This document shows positions 51,141-63,339 of a stretch of DNA of 64,000 bases, piece by piece. This DNA comes from Mytilus trossulus (lineage: Eukaryota). Numbering within the stretch: the stretch's first letter is position 1; every line of letters begins with the position of its first letter. Under the pieces are notes generated by a model. That model saw only the letters and a list, made by a program, of their open reading frames with translations, was not told where the DNA came from and made no database searches. Made by a program: the position numbers and the translations under genes. The stretch is from assembly GCF_036588685.1 (NCBI RefSeq), contig NC_086374.1, forward strand, positions 10,726,001 through 10,790,000, given 5' to 3'.

Positions 51141-51455
51141 TTCTTAATTTAGCTTAACAAATTGTTCAGTTATACATATAAATATTTCCAATTTAGCCTT
51201 ATATAAATGTTTCCTTTCTCAATTTTAACGTATATATAAAAAAAAAAAAAAAAAAAAAAAGATGTGGTATGATTGCCAATGAGACAATTGAAGTCTGGAG
51301 CTGGCATGTCAATTAACTGCTAGTAGTCTGTTTTTATTTATGTATTATTGTTATTTTGTTTATTTTCTTTGGTTACATCTTCAGACATCAGACTCGGACT
51401 TCTCTTGAACTGAATTTTAAATGTGCGTATTGTTATGCGTTTTATTTTCTACATT

Positions 51456-51547
51456 GGCTAGAGGTAGAGCGGGAGGGTTGAGATCTCATAAACATGTTTA
51501 ACCCCGCCGCATTTTTTGCGCCTGTCCCTAGTCAGGAGCCTCTGGCT
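51456..51547 (+). ncRNA. Type-P5 twister ribozyme (family A, variant)
   Basis: Same fold as 51638-51728, with L4 UCCCUAGU and one P2 mismatch; predicted cut 51499/51500. Confidence 0.7.
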
Positions 51548-51637
51548 TTGTTAGTCTTGTATTATTTTGATTTTAGTTTCTTGTGTACAATTTGGTTTCT
51601 TGTGTACAATTTGGTTATTCTTTTACTTTTCTACATT

Positions 51638-51728
51638 GGCTAGAGGTATAGGGGGAGGGTTGAGATCTCATAAACATGTTTAACCCCGCCGCAATTTTGC
51701 GCCTGTCCCAAGTCAGGAGCCTCTGGCC
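51638..51728 (+). ncRNA. Type-P5 twister ribozyme (family A, intact)
   Basis: P5 GGCUAGAGGU/GCCUCUGGCC; P2 GGGG/CCCC; L1 GAGGG and U^AA; GCC; P3 GCAA/UUGC; P4 CCUG/CAGG with loop UCCCAAGU; T1 GGG:CCC; predicted cut 51681/51682. Confidence 0.85.
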
Positions 51729-52473
51729 TTTGTTAGTCTTGTATGATTTTAAATTTTAGTTTCTTGTGTATAATTCGGAGTTTAGTATGACGTCTATTAT
51801 CACTGTACTAGTATGCATATTTTTAGGGGCCAGCTGAAGGACACCTACGGGTGTGGGTATTCTCGCTACATTGAAGACCCATTGGTTGCCTTCGGCTGTT
51901 ATCTGCTCTATGGTCGGGTGGTTGTCGCTTTGACATATTCACCATTTCCTTTCTCAATTTTTTATGCACATTCATGACTCTGCAATATGTTGATACCTGT
52001 ATTTAGGCATTGCAAAGGGTCGTATTCTTATGACTATCTATGACTTCTTTACACCAAAACCATTGGATATTTGACGTGTAACGATTGATAAGTTATTCTT
52101 AGATGCATGAATTTTTTTTTTATTAATTATTTTTGGCTTTGAACGAGCTGATAGTAACTGCGATTAATCTGTACTTAGTGTCTTTTTGTTGTTGTACACG
52201 TGTATTCGTTAGATGTATTTCTATCCATCTTTGGATGTGTCCGCTTACATATTTAACCGAGTCAAATTATGTATGTGCCTGTCCAACGTAAAGAGTCTGC
52301 AATTCAGTAGTTGTTGTAAATTGCTGTTTAACAAATTTGTTTTTCTATCATTATTTTGTAACTAATTTTGTCCTCGTTTGAATTCTGTTATATAAACGTT
52401 TTTCTTTTAGATTTACCTATCGTTCTGTTTTTATTTGCTAAGCTAAATGAGAAACGATAATATAATAGAACAT

Positions 52474-53069
52474 AAAATTTAGAATGGAAATTGGGAATGT
52501 GTCAAAGAGACAACAATTCGACCATAGAAAAAACAACATCAGAAGGTCACCAACAGGTCGTCAATGTAGCGAGCAACTCCCGCATCCGGAGGCGTCCTTC
52601 AGCTGGCCCCTAAACAAATATATACTAGTTCAGTGATAATGAACGCCATACTAATTTTCAAATTGTACACAAGAAACTAAAATCAAAATAATACAAGACT
52701 AACAAAGCCAGAGGCTCTTGACTAGGGACAGGCGCAAAAATGCGGCGGGGTTACACATGTTTATGAGATCTCAACCCTCCCCCTCTACCTCTAGCCAATG
52801 TAGAAAATAAAACGCATAACAATACGCACATTTAAAATTCAGTTCAAGTGAAGTACGAGTCCGATGTCAAAAGATGTAGCAAAAGAGCAGATAACAGCCG
52901 ATAATGGACGTCATACTAAACTCCAAATTATACACAAGAAACTAAAATTTAAAATCATACAAGACTAACAAAGGCCAGAGGCTCTTGACTTGGGACAGGC
53001 ACAAAAATGCGGCGGGGTTAAACATGTTTAAGAGATCTCAACCCTCCCCCTATACCTCTAGCCAATGTA
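52474..53069 (-). mobile_element. Family-A element with two twister units (52706-52796 and 52973-53063)
   Basis: Reverse complement of the units in 51380-51960. Both twisters carry a P4 mismatch (CCUG/CAAG). Confidence 0.85.
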
Positions 53070-53410
53070 TGCATGTATTTAACAATAATGTTAAGTTTAC
53101 TTTCAATTTACAGTCATCATAATCAAGATTTATACCAATGAAACAATATCAAAGATCTAATAATAGTGTTATACTGGTAATTTGAGAATAGGTTTATTTA
53201 TTGAATCAATAAGTTTATCAATATCGTTTTTAAATTTCCGGGCATGGTAAATATCATCTGTTTTATCCCTTTTCAAAACTATATCAATTACCTATGGAAG
53301 AATGAGTAAAAATATTAATCTAATTCACGAAAACGCAATTCTAACGTTATAATATACCAGCCAAACATAGATTACATTCATTAAAATGCAAAACATCACA
53401 ACAGACCAGG

Positions 53411-53570
53411 GCACAGCGAACACGTTGTGATATATGCTCACCGTAAGGTGGTGCCAAAAAAACACCACCATAAAAAAACTAAGTTCCAGCACAGCGAAGA
53501 AGTAGTGATACATGTATATGATCACCGTAAGGTGGTGTTAAAGAAACACCACCATAAAAAGGTAAGTTCC
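53411..53570. repeat. About 78-bp tandem duplication, each unit with a GC-rich hairpin
   Basis: GCACAGCGAA...TCACCGTAAGGTGGTG-n9-CACCACCATAAAAA..TAAGTTCC, twice. Confidence 0.8.
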
Positions 53571-55869
53571 TTTGTTTAAAATTCGGCAGTATATTAAAAT
53601 AATTCGTGAATTATTCAATATTTGAAAAAGAATATACAACTGATATTCCAAAATCATATAACAAAAGCAAATCAAAAACAAGCAACGTAATGAGACATAA
53701 AAGTATACAATACTTTCAGGCCGACAACATATGTTGAGAGCAAGGATAAATAGTGAAACAGTGAACACTTGCGCATTAGCTAGCTATGTCAATGGAGAAA
53801 ACGTCATTATAAGACTTTTTTTATTGAAACGAGATTTTTACAAAATTATGGGAGAGACACTTTATTGACTCAGCTCTAATTTTCAGCTCTTGTCGGGAAT
53901 GAAAAGTGTAATTAACCATATAAGAAAACATATCATGCAATTACACATTAGATCTGGAAGCGAACATACGATCAAGTTGTTGTTGAACTACATGTTTAAA
54001 ATTACATATCGAAGGAAGCGATAAAGATTTAATGTTAAACCAATTTAAAGAGTTTGAATGTCCCTTTGGTATCTTTCGCATCATTTTAGGACTAAGCATG
54101 CACAGCTCTTTCCTAAATGTTAAATATGTTTGATTGACATAGTTCAAGTCATTGAATAAACAAGATTTTCCATTTTGATTAACTTCATTTCTTATACGTA
54201 CATTTTATTATACGTTTCTTTTTTCATTTATCGATACAAAACTTCAATTGATTGTATTTCAAAAGAAAGATATGTTAAACTCCATGTATTGCTGTTTAGT
54301 AATAAACTCTCTTGGTCCTACATCTTATGATTAATTAGAGGTTGGCATTACACAATAGCTTTCTTTTCTCACGGCATATGACGTCTTTAGATTAAATTCG
54401 TTTTATGTCAAAATAAGATGTGGTATGATTGCCAATGAGACAGCTCACCACCAGGGACCAAATGACGTAAAAGTTGGCAGCTCCTGTGCACTGATTGATA
54501 TTTGATCAAGTTTCATATTAATTATCTATTACATTCATTTGTTTGTAGTTTTAACTCGGGCTTTGAAAATTGTCGGTATTTGTAAGTATTTTTAGAAAAA
54601 TAATGTCTCTTTCTTAGATTGTATTAATCTGTGTACCAATACGATGAATCTAAGTCGTTTTCAACTGATTTTTACAGTTTGTTCTTATATTATACTTTTC
54701 CACCCCTCCTCACAAATTAGAGGAAAGCACTTACAAACATGATTTACTAGTATGTCGGTATTTTACTGTACACAATAGTCATGCCAATGTAAATGTATAT
54801 GCATTGGCTTCAAAATATTAAGTTTTAATAACTGGTATATTATAGCTGTGTAAATTCCTAAACTATTGTAAAAAAATATTTTTTTCTTTTCAAAAATAAA
54901 ACCAGTTTCCAATTTGGCAAACAATTAATTCAAGACCTGTTTTGGTATAGCTGAGCTTCCTTTGTTTACCAAGGATGTGTAGTACCACTTTAACCTAATT
55001 ATACTCTGAGAACACGACATCTAACCTAAGCATTGCTTCTTTTGTGTCATTTAGAAATCGTTAACCTGGCAGTGAATGAAATTAAACGAGGAACTTGAAA
55101 TTGGATTTCTATGATGCATCAATGCAAATTAATTTAATATCCTTTCTTTTTAAATCTTATATTAAAACTGTATTGAAACATGCCTTCTTTACAATGACAA
55201 GTTTTAGATTTTGATTTAAAGGTTGGCCTTGTACATTTAGAAAGAGAAAGACATTATTTCATTGTAAAATAATTGTGTTCTCCATCTCGGCGTTCTCGAC
55301 AAATCTATAATCCCCTGACATCGGTAGAATATTTAGAGATCAATTTTAGAATACACTTTGACATCCTTACTAAAACAAAAATATCATGCTTATAAAATCA
55401 AAAAGAAAATTAAGATTGTTGTGCTTGCCCAGTAAACTACGGAGCAAAGTTTTAGAGTGTAATAAAATTCGTATGTTTTGCTGTTCATTTTGTTTTCTTT
55501 TTAAACAAAAGATAATTTTTGTTGAGTTTCCTGTTGCTGAGTTTGTATTTGTTTGTTGTTTTATTTTACCACATGCCTTTTGTGTACTTTTTTTAATAAT
55601 AAGAACAATACAGCCATAGAGACAAGTTTGGTAAATACATTTATATAATTGAAATTGATTGTAGAGTTCAAATAAGGTAAAACTTATAGTCATATGAAAT
55701 TAATTTCAGCTACTATTAACGTATTGAAACTATTTAACCAATCTGGCATGTATACATAATTAAGCAGTGTGGTTATTTTTACCTTTTAGCTGCATCCATG
55801 ACGTATAATCAGAAAACAATAATTTGGGCAGTTGATTAGCTTTTGGAACATTTACCAAGTCGTTGTTAA

Positions 55870-56195
55870 TCAAGAGCTTGCAGTGCTACTCATCATTTGT
55901 AAAACGTCAGCAATGTCTCAGAAGAAAGTTGATGAACCAGGGGTATATTAAAGAAAGTCGCCTAGTTCTTCCTTTTTAAACAAGTTCATCAGAAGATTGC
56001 AAGACCTGGTTGATAACGATTCCGTCGTCACAATTTCACAAATAATACACGATGGTCTTCACGTACAGATTCTTATCACTGACGTTAATTATCATCTCAA
56101 TAATGTGTTATAGTATTATTTTCTTTTTCTTTGTAAGTTATTACTTTTACTGTTAATACTGGTCATATCAATTTGACATGACTTGGTACTTATAC
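55870..56195 (+). mobile_element. PLE family 2: RT thumb/ORF end plus start of 3' UTR
   Basis: SRACS/YSSFVKRQQCLRRKLMNQGYIKE.../KFIRRLQDLVD...ISQIIHDG aligns to SRACISYHDFLDR...LLNQ...FYDRNHELVD...VSQMISD of family 1. Confidence 0.75.
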
Positions 56196-56199
56196 TATA

Positions 56200-56484
56200 G
56201 GGTTATTGCATGAATATTGGGGAATATTGTCCCGAGTAGAATTTTATTTTGCACGAGCTTGCGAGTGCAATATATGTTGTACGAGGGACAATATTCCCCA
56301 ACATTCATGCAATAACCCTTTTATTGTATAGCAATATAATATTTAAAAGTAAAAATTGGTTTAAACTAGATTTTGACGTTGATGACGTCATGAAAGATTT
56401 ATTGCACTAGTGCAATATTTAAATTTATTGCACGCTAACTTTTGGTTGCTTTCTGTGGGAAATATTATATTGCTATACAATAAA
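56200..56484. mobile_element. Complete hairpin-ended element
   Basis: Hairpin at 56200-56318 (centre CGAGCTTGCGAG); perfect 21-bp inverted repeat at 56320-56340 / 56464-56484. Confidence 0.85.
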
Positions 56485-57616
56485 TTCAGTTATTGTGCTA
56501 TGGTAATTGTTGAATTATTGTCTTTCGTACTGCTAACGTGTTTTGTCTATATGTCTTTTTGTTTTTCTTTGTTGAAATATTTAGATATAAAAACATGGAT
56601 ATGAATGTCACTGAGACATGATCGTGTAATAATTTACCCATAACAAAATAACCCCGGTTTTAACATTAAAATGTCTCGTTAGCATATTTTGGTGTCGTAA
56701 CTTAAGGCTAGATTTTAAAATGTGATGTCTATACATTTCAGATTCCATTTCAGATTCTATTTCAGTATTAAGTTAATAAAATCACATCGGAAGAACTCTA
56801 TGTTTGATATAAACGTAATATGACAAAAAATTTAACTTTCAGGTCAGCAAGATGGATTTCAATTACTACATGAAGGCGTCTTTTCTTTTTTTTTATTGAT
56901 TCACCATGTGATTTTAATGGAATTGTCGTCTTCGATAGGTCTAGAAATTTTTCATTAAAAAAAGGTGTCAACACAAAGATTCGACATTATGTTTAGGTCG
57001 AAGCGTAAATTATTATCACTTCAGCAATGATCACAGAAGATTCAACCGTTAACTTCATCGACGTACCTATGTGTTGGTAAAATAGAGAGGAGTATTCTCC
57101 ATGTGTTGTTAGAACATAGACAGTTTTGTTTTACTAATCATAATCAGACATAATGCAATCCCTTTTGTTTTGAATCTAATTTTGAAATCATGTGTATACT
57201 ATTGTATGCAGGTTTATTTACTACCTTGATTTATCTTTTCTTGATTAATATATACGATTTGAACACCAGTAAAATACTGTGGTCTGAATCTCTAAAGATA
57301 TTTAGGCTAAAACTATAAAACTATTCCCACCGTTATTGAATTTAAAATCTTTCAGACTCAGAAGTAGAAATTGTTGGTAGTCTTTTGTATTCCTATGAGG
57401 ACCAATTTTCTCCTTCGACAGCAGACTATTGCTTGTATAGTTATTAATCACAAGTTGTTGCACAATTCAGTAGAGATTTGTCTAAATTCAATTTGATTGA
57501 AAAAATCAAATAACACCTATCGTTACTTTGAAGATAGTCTTGTTTCATATTTATACTGCGTAAATATACTCAAGAGACATAACGTTAACTAAAAATAATA
57601 CGTTTAGATGTAATTA

Positions 57617-57736
57617 TAGATTATAACATGCCCTTTTCCATATTTTTCTCGGTATCATCCCGAGGCTTTATCCGAAGGCTTTTATGGATTTAGGGATAAT
57701 ATCCAGGCCAATATTAAAAAGTCCTGTTATAATCTA
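57617..57736. mobile_element. Decayed terminal hairpin
   Basis: Arms TAGATTATAACA / TGTTATAATCTA; centre CGAGGCTTTATCCGAAGG. Confidence 0.55.
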
Positions 57737-58158
57737 CTTATCCCATATTTATGTTCTACAGAAAAGAAAAAAAAACCCGTTCAGTAATGAATATCAAATT
57801 AACCCAAACAAGTAATATCTAAATAAAGGCAACAGTAGTATACCGATGTACAAAACTCATAAATCGATAGACAAAAACACATCCGGGTAATAAACCAAAA
57901 CCGAGGGAAACGCATTAAATACAAGAAAATGACTCAAAATTAAAATGTATCACACACAGAAACGAACTAAGCATTAGACAAAATCCGATGCGAATAACAA
58001 ATAAAGCATCAAAACTAGATACATGAATTTGGGATAGAAAAGTACCATGCCACGTCTAAAAATTGTGAATTCACACTCAAATATAAGAGGTAACAAACGA
58101 CAAAAAAAACCCACAACGTTAAAATGTAACACACACAGAAACGAACTATAATATAACA

Positions 58159-58260
58159 ATGACCATATTCCTGACTTGGTACAGGAACTTTTTTTAAAGA
58201 AAAAAATGGTGGGTTGAACCTGGTTTTGTGGCATGCCAAACCTCCCTCTTTTAGGTCCAT
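58159..58260 (-). ncRNA. Type-P5 twister ribozyme (family C) within an element at about 57823-58290
   Basis: GACC..GAGG-GAGGU-U-UGGCAUGCCA-CA-AAACCAGGUU-C^AA-CCC-ACC-[U/A stem]-CCUG-UACCAAGU-CAGG-A..GGUC; T1 GGU:ACC, T2 AC:GU. Confidence 0.75.
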
Positions 58261-59057
58261 GTGAAATATAACATTAAAATGACAACACATTAGTACAGTC
58301 CCAATTTTCATAAAAAAAATTATTAAATATTGCATAAAATCTATTATAACATTTTCAATTATTTTTTTAATATGGTAATACACAAATGCGATTATTTGGC
58401 ATGACTCAAGCTGAATCGATAATATTAATATTATTATTGTAGAAAATATTAACTAGTGGTCATTGTATCAACATTCCCATTATTGTCAATAAAACAACCG
58501 TGATTCTTCGCCCATGTTTGCTGAGGACGCAATAACGTCACCTCATTTGGAATAGGGTCACAAACACAAATGACTATTTTTTGCCCGGGGGCAGCAATCA
58601 ACAGATATGTGATAATTTTTCATTATAAGGATATTTCAGATTCACAAACATAGTCTTAACGTATAGTTTCTGAGTACTGACATTGTTTATTGTCTAAATA
58701 ACATGTTATATTATTCTTTAATTTGTCCTAATAAATATTAGTTTTACTGTTTAGTCTGTTTTTTTCTGTTATATATCATCTGTATTTATTTATCTCGTAA
58801 TTGTGTTATTGTTTAATGACAATTTACTATGCCTTTTTGTGTTCTTTTTATAAATATGACGTAGCTCTGTACTTATACATTCTGCCATTATGTAATTGTA
58901 CAATTGTATCTTTTTGTTTTCTTGTCTTTCATTTTTGCTTTTTCTATATGCCTTTTTGTGCTTCTTTGTCTAATATTTGAATGCTTTTGTAGGGATTTTG
59001 GATCCTCAATGCTCTTCAACTTTGTACTTGTTTGGCTTTATAAAATTTTTGATATGC

Positions 59058-59101
59058 GCGTCACTGATGAGTCTTATGTTGACGAAACGCGCGTCTGGCG
59101 T
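59058..59101 (+). ncRNA. Minimal type I hammerhead ribozyme
   Basis: GCGUCA-CUGAUGA-GUC(UUAUGUU)GAC-GAAA-C(GCGC)GUC-UGGCGU. Confidence 0.88.
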
Positions 59102-59412
59102 ACTAAATTATAATCCTGGTGCTTTTGATAAATATTTACAACACTGGGTCGATGCCACTGCTGGTGAATGTATCGTCCCCGAGGATATCACTAGCCCAGT
59201 AGTGCGAACTTCGGTGTTGACATGAATTTCAATTATGTGGTCATTTTTATAAATTTCCTGTTTACAAACCTTTGATTTTTTCGAAAAACTAAGGATTTCC
59301 TTGTCACAGGAATGGATTACATTAGCCGTATTTGGCACAACTTTATGGAATTTTGGATTCTCAATGCTCTTCAATTTCGTACTTGTTTGGCTTTTTAAAT
59401 ATATTGATATAA

Positions 59413-59456
59413 GCGAAACTGAGGAGTCTTATGTAGACGAAACGCGCTTCTGGCGT
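59413..59456 (+). ncRNA. Mutated type I hammerhead
   Basis: CUGAGGA and GAAA are retained, but stem I (GCGAAA) and stem III (UUC) are disrupted. Confidence 0.65.
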
Positions 59457-59642
59457 ACTGAATAATAATCCTGGTACTTTTGATAACTAATTAGATTATT
59501 ACATATTGATGGAATGTGATGCAACTGTTATATAATCCATCTTTTGATTTCAAATGTTTGGCTTTGAGGGATCCTCGTGAAGGTGGTTTCAGAAAAGCGC
59601 CTCGGACGCAAGAAATTAGTAAACGTGTTGTTTTCAATATAT

Positions 59643-59842
59643 TATACAAGTTAGAGGTTTAGCTAGCTATAACACCAGGTTTAATGCACTATTTTTTATG
59701 TAAGAAAATGCCTGTATCAATTCAGGAATATGACAGTTGTTTAAATTCGTTTGATGTGTTTAAGCTTCTGATTTTGCCATTTGATTAGACACTTTCCGTT
59801 TTGAATTTCCGCGGAGTTCATTTTTTTGTGAATTTACTTTTT
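59643..59842 (+). mobile_element. Family-B 3' part with a decayed twister
   Basis: GAGGU-U-UAGCUAGCUA-UAACACCAGGUU-UAA...GCCUG UAUCAAUU CAGG A AUAUGACAGUUG. Its 5' P5 strand CAACUGUUAUA is displaced to 59522 by an insert. Confidence 0.65.
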
Positions 59843-60999
59843 TTATTAATAGTTACCTTTGTACAATTATGGTTTGATAAAGCTATCACTATCTTTATGT
59901 TGGTTCTTACTTTAACCCGATTCTACATTTGATTTATATGAACCAGTTTTAGATATGCAAGTTCTATTTCTGCAAACAAAGTGTCTTTGCATTTGAAAAT
60001 CTCTTTGAAGTTTCACGCCCAACACTCTAAAATTTTCAAACGGATACCACTTAAATTATTCGTACATTTACCGAGAAAGTAGATCCGTAGAGTACATTTC
60101 TACATCGTTTCAGGAGAGCAAAACTAATGATATAGACAACATTGATTGATAAGAGCAAAGTTGTTTGAACCAGTGTCGGGAATATTTATTTGATTGGTCA
60201 AGGTGTCATAACAAGATAGGCAACAGTAATTATATATCTGAAAATCATCTAAGAATACAAGTATGTTGGTGAATAACCATCTGCAAAATGAATATTTAGT
60301 GAGGAATTTTTTAGTCAAAGTAAATTGGAGGGTTGTTTCAAATTAATAATTGTCAATACGATATAATGAAAATATCTTAGTTAAGAAAAGTGTTGCAAAC
60401 ATCCTTTTACAAACTATGAATTGGATGGAAAGTTGTCTTATCGGCACTCATACCACATCTTCTTATGCTTATAATATTTGCGCATTTCTTCTTTTCATTA
60501 GCACCATAATCTTGAAATCAAACTTAGGATATCTGAATACGTGCTCCCGATAAAACTATGTTTTACATTATCTCAGATATAAGCATGTGTTTGAACACCA
60601 ATTGGTACCGTGACCCTCGTCTTAATATTTTTGTAAGTCTCAGGGCTCTCACAAATATCACAGTACTGAAACAATGTACTTAACATTATATCTATACATA
60701 ATTCAAAGCCCTCCATTACAAATCCATGCATGCAGAAACACTATAAATGTTTGAACAATAGTCGAGCCTTCAACAGCCTGTTGTCTGACGACAAAAATGA
60801 GTAACAAATATAATACACACGTTTTAATATTATAGTCGAATTGATTCTGACAGCGTCACAAGAGGAACAATACAAATACCAAAAGTCATCAAGATATTAC
60901 CAGCAAATATTAGAGCATGTAAAGCCTAAAAGGACAAGAAATATAGTCGAATCTGGACAATCAATACAATCTTAATTTCAAATTATTTAACACAATAGG

Positions 61000-61535
61000 G
61001 CCTTAAGATACCATAGGGACAGTCAAACTCATAGAATGAAAATAAACTGACAACGACATGGCTGGAAAAGAAAATACAAACAAACAAATAACAGTACACA
61101 AGACATACCATAGAAAACTGAAGACTAAGAAACACGAAGCCGACCACAAACTTGGGGTGATAATAAGTGCTCCGGGAGGGTAAGTTGATCCTGCTCGACA
61201 TTTGTCGTGTTACTCTTGTTATTACAAAGCCGGTTAATAGTCTAATTCGGTAGGACACATTCGTAAACAGGGAACGGGACAGTCACTGTAGTTACGATAT
61301 AAGGAACATATTCGATATCATATATGAAACGGTTATACTACAACGGCCAACCAACTAGTGATGGTATCCGCTCATAGTTTTGAACTCTTGGTTTAATAGC
61401 TTCTTTGTGAGCAGCAACAGAAATCATGATAGGAAATACAGTCCCGGGAATATCGTATTAATTGGAAGTTATATACTCCGTTTGCAGGCGCTGCTGAAAT
61501 GTTGCTACATAGAAATAGAAAGTTTACAATGTAAT
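61000..61535 (-). mobile_element. Decayed PLE family 1 3' fragment
   Basis: Reverse complement of about 45675-46245 (IVNFLFL.SNISAAPANGV...RYFP and the 3' UTR). Confidence 0.8.
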
Positions 61536-63339
61536 TGGGAATCTGCAATTATCTATATTGTCTTAAAGTTTTGTTTTTAACCGAACCTCATTGTGAATTT
61601 CTAGATGTTAGTGAAGATTTGAGGCAGATTTAACTCTATTTGTTGTATCTTTACGTCATTTCTGGAATCATGTCTGTCACCGGAAAACATCGTACATTTC
61701 GCACGCCTTAATGACGGCATTTACCAGATAGAAGGCACGTCTTTATCCCTTCTCTTTTAAAAGTTTCCATCACTTTCTCCATAGCCATTCTGTAGGTTCG
61801 TATAGAAATAATTTATGTTCTATAAGTAGGTAATCTTGATACCCATACGACTGAGGGAGGGTGACCATCTTATTAGATTTTAATTTCAAAAATATTTTGT
61901 GCAGTGTTCTCAATATATGTTAAAACTGACGATGCCTACATTTTGGTCACTTGGGATTAGAAGTAGCATGTCAGATTCGGCTAACAACTGTATCCTGGAA
62001 CTGCCGTATAAGCAGAACCCTTTATCTTATGATTAAAAGAAAAATACGCCAACATTTTACAATATCTAAACTTTTTAATTGGTAGACTATGAAAATAAGA
62101 TAGATAAGTATTTAAGACAAAAGAAAATGCATTTATATGAACTGATGCTAGACGTGTTGAACTAGTAAATAAGAGACACTTCCGGTTTTCGAAATAGTCA
62201 AACAAGATAATGTATTGATAGTGACAGTGCGATCGAAATCATGTCCCAATTTAACGTAAGTTATCTAAAATAGATACTTGAATTAATATTTGTATTCTAA
62301 TTAGAACTGGATTTATTAGGTCGATTTACAACTATAAATATTCCTTAAACTAGGATCAAATATCTATTTACGGCTATAGGTTTATTGTTTTTATGTGTTC
62401 GTTGTTTCGAAATCATATAATTCTTTGTATGTGCCATCATTGAAATATGTTGATAATCCATTCTATCTTGAATTCAAATAAACTGTATGCACCTTTGTAT
62501 TATTGTATTTATAGATTACAATCTGTTATTTTTTTTAGATAAAAAAATCTCAAAACAAATATATAATTGTTTCAGTCAGTGGTGCAATGCCGTTACAATA
62601 TAATTTACAACTTGAAACAAGCAGCGTTATTGGCAATAACAACCAGCAATTTATTTTTTATTAACCTTTATATATCATACATAGGAAGGAAAGACATCGG
62701 ATAACTGAGAATACACTATTGTAATAAAGGATAACTACTAAATAAAAATGACGTACTTGGTATTCATCCCAGTATAATCTTTTGACATCCGAATAAAACT
62801 ACACTTCTATAAATGGTGATTAATCGTCAATAACAGCACAATGCACGGCCCATCAACTCATGCTATTGTTATATATTGACCATTAAAGCAAAGAACAATC
62901 ATGAGTGTTGGACAATTCATTTATTGTTGTTTAAGACACTTGACCTATCTTTCGTGTATCATCTATTATTGCCGCCTTCATTCTATTATTTATTATGTTT
63001 AAACAGTTTGATGTCATGGCTAGACGTGTCAGTGTTGAATTCATTCAAACTCAAACGATGCTTTCTATAGAATTAGAATAAGGTAATATTCTGCACTGTT
63101 TTAACCCCTTTTGTATCTTTTTGTCATCCTGGTGTAATCATTAACAGTTCCCCGGAAATATTATTTAATACTAAACAGGCATGCTTGTTTTTTGCCATTG
63201 TATACCATCGTCTTGCGCCAAGATGGACAACCTTTTTACTTGTTTACAACCTTGTACATTTGTCAGTGGTTGCTATTTAAGAAATAATTTATGCAAGCTA
63301 TACTTTATTGTAGTTTTAACATGGTTAGGCATCATCTTC

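Larger units (their letters stand above)
51290..51962 (+). mobile_element. Family-A element with two tandem twister units
   Basis: Units are 182 nt apart; tail GGGGCCAGCTG...TTGAAGACC...CATTTCCTTTCTCAATTTT. Confidence 0.85.
58995..59489 (+). mobile_element. Non-LTR retrozyme: 355-nt monomer between two hammerheads
   Basis: Direct repeat 58995-59133 / 59350-59489; cleavage sites at 59095 and 59450; no credible ORF. Confidence 0.85.

Noticed and set aside
59108-59374. ORFs over the retrozyme (58904-59374)
   Set aside because: They overlap a non-coding repeat and are not conserved in the copies at 832 and 31525.
61590-61900. Coding-like, less AT-rich stretch
   Set aside because: Only short open frames, with no recognisable motif.
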